DNA of 64,000 nt from assembly GCA_022813865.1 (NCBI GenBank), contig JALDZX010000001.1, positions 1 to 64,000 on the forward strand, in the 5' to 3' direction. This document shows, piece by piece, positions 25,453 to 35,994 of the stretch. Source of the DNA: Xylographa opegraphella (taxonomy: Eukaryota). The translations under genes were made by a program, and so were the position numbers. The first letter of the stretch is position 1; each line of letters opens with the position of its first letter. The notes below the pieces were generated by a model. It ran no database searches, was not told the DNA's origin, and saw only the letters and a program-made list of their open reading frames with translations.

Positions 25453-27582
25453 TCAGACGGCCATGCCCAGCGCGTTGGACTTCCAGTTCAGGTACTTCTT
25501 CCGGATATGGTTCCTTACGAGGTTATCCACCACGATGACTGCACCGCCGAATATTAGCCACAGCTCACACGACGGCGCGCGGAAACAAAAACACAGAGGG
25601 GACTCACCGAGCAGGTAACTCAGCAGGACGGTGGGCAGCATCCACGCGCTGCTGATATATGTGTAGATGGCAGCGTTATCATAGTTCTCCAACGAGGGCA
25701 GGTTCATGAGCGCGAGCAGGGCGAGGCCGATTCCGACGAGGTAGCGGACCGCGTTGCCAAGCATCTCGGTGCGGTACTTCTCGCGCTTGCCGAGCCGCAG
25801 GAGGAGCGTCAGCGCGATGATGGTGAGGCCGGCGGCGACGAAGAAGTAGGTGTAGGCGGTGTAGAAGATGTCGACGATGTCGTTTACAGCCTGAGCGCCG
25901 GCGTCGGTGCTGCTGGCTTCGCCCGTGAGGTCTCTCTCCGGCGCTTCGATGCTGAATAGGCCGCAGATGCCGGAGATGGATTGGTAGTAGATGTAGTTGA
26001 TGGCGTAGGCGAAGTCGTTGGTCGTGTTATAGGCGCCTTCGGTGAGATCCGTCAAGGCTTGGTCCACACTCGCGGGGAAAGGCTCGGGGTTTTGCGGGCT
26101 TTTGAAGTTCTCGAAGACGCCCTGTAGTGTCGAGTTCAGGTTGGCGATGTAGCTGGTCAAAGCGGCACCGGTCGGAGGGTCGTTGACGTTGTCGTCGAAG
26201 AAGAAGGGGATGTTGAAGGCGGCCGGCTCGAGCGGATTGGCGAGGTCCTGTATCTTGAGCCACACGGTAAGTGTCGCTTGGCCTTCCACCAAAAGCAGGA
26301 TGCAGATGTGGAACGGGAAGTGCAAGATCGTCCACAGCTCCTGCCTCAGTCGACCGACCCGTTTTTTCTCCGTTTGATCGTAGTAAAGCATCCATATGAA
26401 GTAGATGATACCAACGCCGGAGATCATCTGACCAATGATGTCGGCACCGAACGAAAGATTGGCTCCCACCTTCTGGATCGATTCACACAACCCAATGACC
26501 CCTTCTCCCAAAATGATGAGAGTGAGCAGTCCAAGTCTTTCGACCATCGGCGTGTGGACAAAGCTTAGGAAGCTGACTTGTCCCGACGCAAACAGTATGA
26601 TGCCTGCTTCGAGCACGAATGCCACATACCAGCCGATGATACCGAGTCCAGCATTTCCGGGGGAAGACGGACTGAACGAGAAATACAGGCCCAGAAAGAT
26701 CAATGCGGTCCCTAGAGAGGTAGCGGCGTGTGTGATCAGTGGGACGCGAGCACGTGGGAAATCCTTGAGCCACCAGTATACAGAGAGATACTGCACTGCC
26801 AGTATAAGACGGCTTGCCATGAGAATCAGGGTCAATGTCTGATCGGTTTGGAGCGCTCTGACAGCGTTGGGAGTATCGATCTCGTAAGTTACATTGAAAT
26901 CTGGCCCAGTGACTGCGAATCCGACCATGACACCGAATTGTAAGGCTTTGCATACACGTTCAAAAGCCGAATCGTTCCCAAAACGGACATCATATTTGGC
27001 GACTTGAAACCACGTTGCCCATAAGATCACAAAGAAGCCGAGGTAGGATCTTAAAGCTGGAAACGGTTATTAGCAGTAGTTCTCTATGATTCAAAGATTC
27101 TGATCGGACTGAGTGACCATCAGTGGGCAGTGGACGTATGGTGGGCGGAGCGTGAAGAATATTGGCAGATGAGAGCGAGAGTACTAACAGTCGGTATCAT
27201 TAATCTCATGGACGCTGGTAAACGTGGTCAGGTTGGCCACGAAGAAAAGATCATAAAATAATTGCACGACACTGGTCTCTCGCGCTCGGTGAAGTTCTGG
27301 CGCACCCTCTTCTAGCATCTCGATTTCCCTTTCTTCCTCCTCCTCTTCATCATCCTCGAGCTCTTGCTGTGTCTCTAAGCTTTCGTGAACTCCATCCACC
27401 GAAGCAGAACGAATCTTCCGATGGCCATGGTCGCGATGATGGCGACTGTTCTGTTTCAAAGGACTTTTGATGAGCGGCGTGTACTTTGGCTTCTTGTGTG
27501 GGAAGCTCGACTCGTCCTTTTCGGCAATAAAAATCTGTTGAACGGAGGTAACACGCTTCAACGCGTCTGGCAAGATACCCAT
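25453..27582 (-). CDS. LtrA (low temperature requirement A)-like multi-pass membrane protein
   Basis: Motifs QLFYDLFFVAN, YDVRF, ERLGLLTLIILGEGVI, W...HFPFH. Introns 27057-27188 and 25539-25607. Confidence 0.88.
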
Positions 27583-27739
27583 CTTGAAGTCTTGTTGGAG
27601 CAATAAGCTGCCAGTGTGAGAGAATATGGACTGTGCTCGACCAATTAAGGAGACCTGTCAACACCGCTTAAACGTTAAAAACAACGGAAACAACCTGAGG
27701 TGATAGATCAAGGAAAAGTTCATCGTGAAGAATTCAAGA

Positions 27740-27746
27740 TGAGTCA
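27740..27746. promoter_or_regulatory. TGAGTCA (Gcn4/CpcA/AP-1-type) site upstream of the LtrA-like gene
   Basis: Exact ATGAGTCAC about 160 nt upstream of the ATG at 27582. A single 7-mer could occur by chance. Confidence 0.3.
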
Positions 27747-28994
27747 CGCCTTTTAAAGAAAATCAATAGCAGCACTCCCGAGGCATCGCAGAAACAACGG
27801 TCGAGGGTGGCGCGCAGCCGGATGCCAGTAATACGGGTGAATGTTGTCCGTGTTAATGCAGATCAGAGCCTCGTCGACGTGAAGCTGTACCATACACTGG
27901 CGTGCAAATGTGCATGGTGGAAATTCAGCACAAGAAGTAACCAATCACGAGCAACACTTGAACCATGACTAGACAGGCATCCTTGCTGCCTTACCTCCGT
28001 ACAGTCCAGACTACTTGTGAATATGAAACAAAAGTCGACGGGTGCTGTCCAGACTCAGACCGCGCATAAGGCGATGCTATCATTGGAGCATTGGAGGCGA
28101 AGACGATGGAGCTGAAGGATTTCCGACCGATAGCCTTGTACGGAGTAGCATGTGCCGTACGGAGTAGAAGTGATGCTTATGGTAAGACAAGGCAGTGAAA
28201 GCACTGCGCCGCATGTACGCATGGACCAGTCGTTGAAAACCGCCCCCACCCAGATGGCGGAAGGCGGTGTTGTTGTGAAGATGCGAACCAGAGTCGTGTT
28301 TCAAGGCCGATCCTTCGAGCCAAACTCAGCTGGACCAATGGACGCGATGAGCACGATAGATGCTCAATCTATCTCGACTCTATCGGTGGCCTTTATTGAA
28401 AGACTTTTGACCGTGCGCCGTCAGGTTCTCCCGCCTTACGGCCTGGAAGTTAATCTAGCAGTCGATTGAATGATATAAGACAAGCTCAATCTGAATTTAA
28501 GTCTGCTTTCTTGAGGTACGTATTCCCTATCAAGCTACGAGCTAAGGCATACAATGTCATTCGCAATCCTTGAAGCTATCATACTGTGGAAGTTATGGGG
28601 AGCCCCAATGCATCCCGTTCTGCCCTTAGCCTCGCCGCAGCACTTTTCGCTCCGTTTTCAACAGAGCCCAAACACATTTCCTCATACTTTCAGCTATGTT
28701 GTCCTCCTTCGAAATACCGACTTCAAAAACAATCTTCGCAAGTAGCGCCATTGGCACATGGTGCGTGACTATAAGGCAGAGCGAGGTCTGCTGTGAATCT
28801 CCCACATAAACCTCCCACGTGAGCCCCGGAGCCAAATATTGCTTGTCACGGCAGGAAATTTCAGAAAGAGCCATTAGCGGCAATGGAGCCAAGAACAGTT
28901 CTCATAATCGAACCCTCCTATTGAGCGTGAGAGCGAGAGTAGCCAGCATAACAGGCCTTCCAACCTACCCCCGGCTTCAATCGCCGGCCCAGCT

Positions 28995-31222
28995 CTATAT
29001 TTCCGTCATTGAGGTGAGCGTGGAGCTGGTGCGAGAGCTCCTAGTGCTTTGAACGCCTTTCTGAGACGTCTCTATTCGCGATAGCTCATTTAATGGCAAG
29101 TCTGGATCGAGATTGCTCACAGGGCGATGAAGCGCACCCTCAATCTCCTCGCTTCGACTTGTAGTCATTCTTCGACGGCCGCTTGAGTTCTGTCCAGAAG
29201 CTGCAATAGAGCTATCGGAGATGCCATCGATTTCATCATCTTCAGCAGCCTCAACGTTATCATCCTCAACCGTCGTGTTCTCCTTGGAGTCCTCTGGATC
29301 GAGTATACCTCCTGGGTGATTCTGTGTCGTTGTCGGTGTGCTATCGGACGAGTCCTCATGAATAGTGAAAATCCAGCTGGACCACTTCGATCTCTTGGAG
29401 CGTCTTTTGGTTTTGCCTTTCATCGTTGGAGTCTGGGGACTGTGGAACAAGGCCGAGGATGTGGTAACTGGAGGTGCCTCCAATTCATTGTGTTCCCGAG
29501 AAGCAATAATTTTCGGAGCAAGAGATAGGTCATCGTGCGCGAGTGGGCTTTCTAGGCTTTCTGTCACACGAGAACAGATATCGATCGCGGCCTCCTTGTC
29601 ATTATGTTCTTCTACAACCACTGGAGAGTTCTCCGAGTGCAGGTGTGTATTATCTAATTCATTTACCTGCTCCATCCTTTTCATTGGGACGCTGTCATCC
29701 TCAAGCGATGCGCCAGTTGTTATCTGTTTGTCAAGTGCAACAGGACCAGCCACTATAGAGCTATTCCAAGACGACTCACTACCGAGCACCAATGTGGAGG
29801 GTGCCTTGTCAGCGGACCCAAAGAACTCTATCTTCTTTTGATCCAGGATATTTTGAGTGAATTTTTCTATCCCCTCCATGTACTGTGGAACTCCTCTGTG
29901 TTGATAGATCGTCCTACTCCCAACATGGTCCAGAACATCCATGCCTTCTGCCCAATACAGGGCCTGGTCTCTGGTATCCCGTGTCTCCGAATTGACGTGC
30001 ACCCCTTGCACTACGCAACGTAACGCATCATACCGCCGCTTTAATGCCGCAACACCATCCCAGGCTTTGTACTGAGCTTTCGTGAAGAAACCCTCCTTCA
30101 CAAGAATGTCGCTAACTTTCGTCCAGCTATGTGGCAGTGAGATGCTGTCAAGGGGTGCACCGTGCTGAATGTTGTGGAGTAACCTGTCCATGGAGCACAA
30201 GTTGTCAAAGTCCACTCCAATCAACGATTCGAGCAGATTACCGGTGCCTGGCGTGATAGATTTGGTCTTATTTGTGACAATAGTGGACTTGAAAGCTATG
30301 TTCTTCGCCAGGGGCTTCGTCGAGAGGGTCATCGAGTATTGTAGATTTTGCGAGTATTTACCACGGTTACTACGATGTGACCTACGGTATTCCGTATTGT
30401 TTGCAGCATTGCTACTGGGTTGCCGGTCTCCATCATTGCCATTGTTAATTTCCCCATCTTCTGTCTCTTTTGCAACCACTCTTCGGGTCGTAGCCATGTT
30501 GGGTCGTGTGGTTCGATCCATTGGATGAAACTTCATGTCATAGATTGCCTTTCCAGTACTGGCAGATGTTCTCTTCACTCGAACTTCGTTCTTCTTAAAT
30601 CCGTCCTTGCTGGAGTAACGATCTTGATTTTCCCATTTATCCGCATCGTCATTACCGTCTTCCGTGCCCATTGCGAGGCAACTACGCTTATCCTTAGATA
30701 AAGGCTGGGTCTCTTCACAACGACGCTTTGACGCTCTTGTAAAATGAGAGGGAGTGACTATGGGATGTACATCCCTCGCTCGCTCGTCGATGTCCAATTC
30801 CCTCGATCCTCTTAGAACATTTGACTGTGCAGAGCACTGATCACTGTGTGTTGCAGATTCAGTCATATGGGGCATAACCCTGCTACTGTTGTCCCCAAGC
30901 ACAGAATTTGACATTGCTTGAACCAGAAGAAATGAGCAAAATATGAAAAATCGTGATTTGGTAGCCTGCTAACCTGGTTGATCCAAGGCATCCTTAATGT
31001 AGTTCGGATGAACCCCATTGGAGCCATTCCTAGATACGGGAATCTGCATCTCAAATTGGAACTTCCGCCGTGGTGAAGTATGCCTCCGCTCATTGTCACT
31101 GGCTGACTTCATTGATAAGTCCATGGGAGGTTGATGTCTATCGTCAATTACTTAGGTACGGTCACAGACTCATACTGATAGGCCCATATTACGTACAAGT
31201 GCTCGTCGACATCAATGTGCAT
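28995..31222 (-). CDS. Hypothetical, largely disordered protein (about 700 aa)
   Basis: The 639-aa ORF is extended by two upstream exons through frame-consistent introns 31138-31196 and 30917-30973 (MHIDVDEHL...). Ordered-looking blocks AIYDMKFHPMD and LHNIQHGAP...W..V..IL..EG...LKRRY. Confidence 0.75.
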
Positions 31223-31621
31223 TCCCCCGTAAGTAAGCAGAATATTCGTCCGAGTTTGAGCTCTATATTGATACAATAAGACAGTATTACAACCACAGTG
31301 CAACAGAAACTGAGGTGGTCCTGAGGAGACGAGAAATGGCAGCGAGAGGCACTCAGATGGTAGTATAGGTAATGAAGACGAAACGGAAGTGAAAATTCTG
31401 ATCCCAGCAACTCCAAACAGGTGTGTGAACTGACACTAAGTGCGGAGCACAGGGTTATAGACGATCACGTGCTCCAATATCACTATCGATGACCGACCCC
31501 GCACTGCGAAACACTGCTGGAGGCCCTGAACATCGACAAAGTTGCGTCAGCGCGTGGAATACTGAGCGCTCTGCAAATAACGCCACCGCCATGATGTAAA
31601 TGCTGAGAGGTGAAGATTGAG

Positions 31622-32644
31622 CTAACGAGGCTTTCTCGCGCTTCGAAATGCTGTGAGATCTATATGAACAGAACTTGCATCCGATTTATCGTCCACCTCG
31701 ATACTGTCCATCCCTGCGAGTGTGTTGTGAACACCCAGGCTGTTCCTGGACTTTGTTGCATCGGGATTGATCTTCAACTCTTCATCAGGCAGATTGGCCG
31801 ATGGCAGCGCTTGCTCCTGCCGCTGTTCCTCTACTTCGTTCTCGTGCTTCTTTTCTGATCGTAGAACGGCAACCTGTTTTCCAGCAAGCCGTAGACAGTT
31901 CTCCAGTCTCTCCTTCGTCCCCAATATCTCGTCAATGCAATTACCATCCCGAAGGAATTGATGTGCACCGATCTCGCACAGGCTTTGCGCCGTCTCCAGG
32001 TCCTTGTCGATCAGATCAAACGGGTCATCAGCGTAGCCCTCCGTTGCATATGGGCCATTGCGGCTTCTAGCCATTCGAGGAATCCTTGGGTTGCGTAGTT
32101 CCAAAATGCCCTCCCCACCGAATGGACTCTCTTCTGTACCCATTGATGCCATCCGAGCTTGGAAACTCGCAGCTGCTTTCCCCTTCCGAAGTATATTCCT
32201 TGCACTGGAGACATTCCGAACCAACACTTCAAAGCCCTCTTGTATGGCCGAATCATAGTAGACTATCACCGACATTCGAGTCCGAAACCGCTGGTGGCCC
32301 GAAGCACCAGAGGCCACGGAACCGCTTTTCTGCCTTCTTCGCAATTTTTCTTCCCTGTATTGCTGGAATAGGTGCTTGCTTCCCGGGTTGATCGGTATGG
32401 AGTTGGAGATCGGAGAGAGCGCGGGGTTGGCAAAGGGGCAGTTCTCGTCCTCGTTGGCGTCTTTCGGCCGTAGTGACTCTGTCGAGCCGTTCTTCTTCCT
32501 CCGAGTTGGGCCATAGGAGGAAGTCCGCGATAGTTTTGTGAATTCTGCATGCCGTTCAGAGGCCTGTCTGGAAAGCTCTTCCAGCCTGGATATCCAGCTC
32601 GGAAGGTTTTCGGTCAGGAATGTGAAACTCTGCAATGCGTCCAT
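31622..32644 (-). CDS. Conserved-looking fungal hypothetical protein
   Basis: Intronless ORF from MDALQSF. Blocks ENLPSWISRL, IVYYDSAIQEGFEVLVRN..ARN.LRKGK, LE.AQSLCE.GAHQFLRDG.C. Confidence 0.85.
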   Translation of the reverse strand: MDALQSFTFLTENLPSWISRLEELSRQASERHAEFTKLSRTSSYGPTRRKKNGSTESLRPKDANEDENCPFANPALSPISNSIPINPGSKHLFQQYREEKLRRRQKSGSVASGASGHQRFRTRMSVIVYYDSAIQEGFEVLVRNVSSARNILRKGKAAASFQARMASMGTEESPFGGEGILELRNPRIPRMARSRNGPYATEGYADDPFDLIDKDLETAQSLCEIGAHQFLRDGNCIDEILGTKERLENCLRLAGKQVAVLRSEKKHENEVEEQRQEQALPSANLPDEELKINPDATKSRNSLGVHNTLAGMDSIEVDDKSDASSVHIDLTAFRSARKPR

Positions 32645-32881
32645 TGTGGGAGGTGCACGCATTAGCGAGGGGGAAGACAATGAGAGAGAAGGCTGCCTCA
32701 AAGCAAATTGGGTCGGTTGAGGGAAGGAATTTCGAGAGGTCGCTTTTTGATATGGTGATGCGGAGAAGTGCCAGGGCCAAAGGTCGCCGAAGCTCACGTT
32801 CATGGGGGCAAGGCACAAGCCCAGGATGTAAATGCAGGAATCCTACGGCGAGCCTGAGAACGCACGTGGAGTCGGTGAGCT

Positions 32882-32918
32882 TTGGCCGATGCCGGTTAGA
32901 CCGACCGGCATCGGCCAA
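32882..32918. repeat. Perfect 15-bp inverted repeat with a 7-nt loop
   Basis: TTGGCCGATGCCGGT (32882-32896) is the exact reverse complement of ACCGGCATCGGCCAA (32904-32918). Confidence 0.9.
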
Positions 32919-34365
32919 TCAGACGTCGGGATGGCAGCCGGCCGCACCGGGGTGCGGCAATTGCGTGAAGTGGCAGAGCAGCGAGCCAATTGGAAGGCAG
33001 GATTCGGGCAGGATTTGGGCGGGATTGCTCTTTTGGCATCACTAGGCCCGAGTCCGCTTCTTAAGTTAGCACAAGGTACATGCATCAGTCGGTCACGCAC
33101 AGTGCACGATGCAGCATCGACAACACCCAACTGCTGCACTAAAGTACTGCTGTGGGGCGCTCACACCCGGTTCGCCCACAGTGATTTCACACACAATGTC
33201 CTCTAGCGGCCAAATCGGGTGGGTGGGACTTCGCACTAGCAGGAAGCCTCCCGCATCATGTCTGAGATCCACCCGGTAAGCAACATGATTATGAAAAATG
33301 CTTCTACGGTTCGGACGAGCGAATGGTCGCATCGCTGATTCGCGGCAATTTCGTACCATGCTGATGTCTGCTTACTTAGATACGCGCCACTGCTTCCGCA
33401 GTTATCTACTCGTCCTCCAGTACATTACCTAGGACTATTACCGCACCTATTCCAGAGCTTGCGCGAGCATGGCCACTTCCAGTCTACCGACGGCCAATAC
33501 TGGCAACAAGCCGAGCTCGGCTGGGCTTGGATTACACGAAACCAGTTGTTCCATACAAATGTTCCCACAGTAGGTGCTGCGAGGACTACAACAGGCCATT
33601 TCTCCTGACCATCTCTGTCCCACGGGTGACGTGAGCCACCACAAGAACGGCCCGCCCGCTCCCGCCAATTAAGTCTCCTAGTGCTGCCTGCCAAATGTCT
33701 AATTCTTCTACGTCACTGACGAGCGGGACGGCGTCTGACAGTCGCAGGTATGAGCAATGAAACCGACATCAAATGATCTTGGGGGCATTTGTCTCCATCC
33801 TTGTGAAAGGCTACTCGACACGAGACGCGTGATTGCAGATTGAAGGACAGAGGACGGTGTAAAGTAGATTTGACTCTCGTGAAACCCAACTGTACATCGG
33901 ATTAGAATGAAATATCTCCGTACTTCCGTGTTAAGGAGGTAATTCGAGCCGCGGCCTCCCGGGATGTGCGAGATCCTCTTGGATGAATGGCGTGGATGAT
34001 TACTGCGTAAGAGGTAACTTACCTCACATACGAAGTACGGTAACTCACCCTCAAATAATCGACTAGCATAAGCCCTTAGCTTCCCTAGACTACCCTAGCT
34101 CATTCGCTTCCGATCTCGACGTCATGAAATCAAAGTCAACAGTCTTCTTGTCATTGAACATCGTAATTCACCACCAGAAGCCTAACAATTACAGCCACCC
34201 TCTTTGCATTTCCTTACGCCTTGTCAGACCACTCGGGCGATTTCACTTACGCTCGATTGCTCAAAGTAACTTCACAAAGACGAGTACCAATTGACCGAGT
34301 CCCTGCCAGCAACCATAGCTTCCATCTCCAAGCCCTGCTTCCGCCTCCATCGCCTCCTCCATACC

Positions 34366-35313
34366 ATGTCTGCCACGACCCATCACCTTACCACCCCTCC
34401 CGCGCCATGGAAATCCTCCTTCATCGAGCACCTGGGCAAGATGCCATCTCCTGAATTTGTCCTTAGTACGGTGAAACCCGCTCCAGCAAACTCTCATTCT
34501 CCAGTCCCATATCTGCCCCGCGCGCGTTTCTGTATCTATCGTGGCATGTGGTCCGAGCTACCGGAGAACAAGCATAACGACGCTCCGATGAATGACCGTG
34601 TGTACGAGTCCGAGCTCCCAACCTTCACCAGCGATGTTCGAATGGAGAAGATACCGGAACTGTTTGCGACTGGGGCGGGCCACGGAGATGTGGATCAAAG
34701 CCAAGGTAGCGGAGGGGGGGGACCAGTGGAAGCTGTCTGGTGGATCAAGGAAGTGGGAACACAATGGAGGGTCAAGGGGACGGCCTATGTCATTGGAGAG
34801 GACATCGAGGGAGAGGGGGAGGAGAGCAGCGGGGTGAGGACTGTGAAGAGCCAGTTGGGTGAAAGGATGCGGGTAGTGAAGAAGGATGGACAAGAAAGTT
34901 GGAGCTGGGGCAAAGAATTGACGGCACACTTTGGGAACTGCAGTCCAGGAATGAGAGGTATGTGCATTTGACGTCCCATAGCTTGATGCGCAAGGTCAAA
35001 CAGTGGACTTGTGGATGATTGAGCGGCTGGCTAACCTGTGAATTGCCCAGGATCATGGAAGAATCCTCCGCCCGGCACGCCTGCAGATAAGGAGCCGGAC
35101 GCAGAGCATAAGCTTGGACAGAAGGTTACTGATCTGAATGACAAGATTGCACGGTCGAACTTCCGGGTCGTAGTGATTAAGCCGAGCGAGGTGGAGATGA
35201 CGGACCTCAGTGATCCAGAGAAGGCGAGGAGGCACAGATATACATTCGTGAGCGAGAAGGGAGATGATGGAGAGATGGTTGGCAAGTGGACTGACGAGGA
35301 GCTTTGGCCATAA
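34366..35313 (+). CDS. Pyridoxamine 5'-phosphate oxidase-like FMN-binding split-barrel protein
   Basis: Motifs APWK, LSTV, PRAR.CIYRG, FTSDVRMEK, EAVWW..QWRV.G, ARSNFRVVVI.P, W..EELWP. Intron 34958-35050. Confidence 0.88.
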
Positions 35314-35994
35314 ATGACCTCGTGGGAGTTGATACGCCTTGATGTGATTCGAGGAGATGTCCATAGCATACCAAAAGCAACCCTCGTCTGTATATAGCGA
35401 GTCTGACTCGACCAGACGTCATATTCAAGATAAAGATTCGCCGCCCGCAAGTCAGCAATTCAGGGTTGTATTCATAGTGATATATCTATGAAAAGCTTGT
35501 GCTTGGTACTCGGGTCTGCTCTACTCTGTTGCAGCTATATCTCAGCTGTACTGGACTGGTTGTGACAATTTTCCAATTTTGCTGAACAGACGCTGTGGAA
35601 GTGAACATGGAAATGCCTTGGACTAGCGGCATTTTGTTGCTACTACTACGGTACTACCCCGCAAAAGTTATCTTTTGCACCCTCCCTATCTAAGGTAGGT
35701 ACCTACACAGCGATCGTGAAGCGCAAGCACATCCCGATTTTATACGCAGTGTTTTGTGAGTTCCTTATTAGCTTCGCTTGCGTTACCCGTGTATCCGTGC
35801 TTATTTGCATTCTGATATTAGGCAACTATGGCTGCCTTCAGACCATGAAACCCTATGTCACGGGACCACGGGAGTGCTAGAACCAGTTGAGACGTGATAT
35901 GCCTTAGTTGCGGTCGCTGATATTGTCCCGATGATTAAGAATTGTGTGATTTCTTTCCGATAATATATCTCTCCAGTTCAGCAGCCCGAACTCA

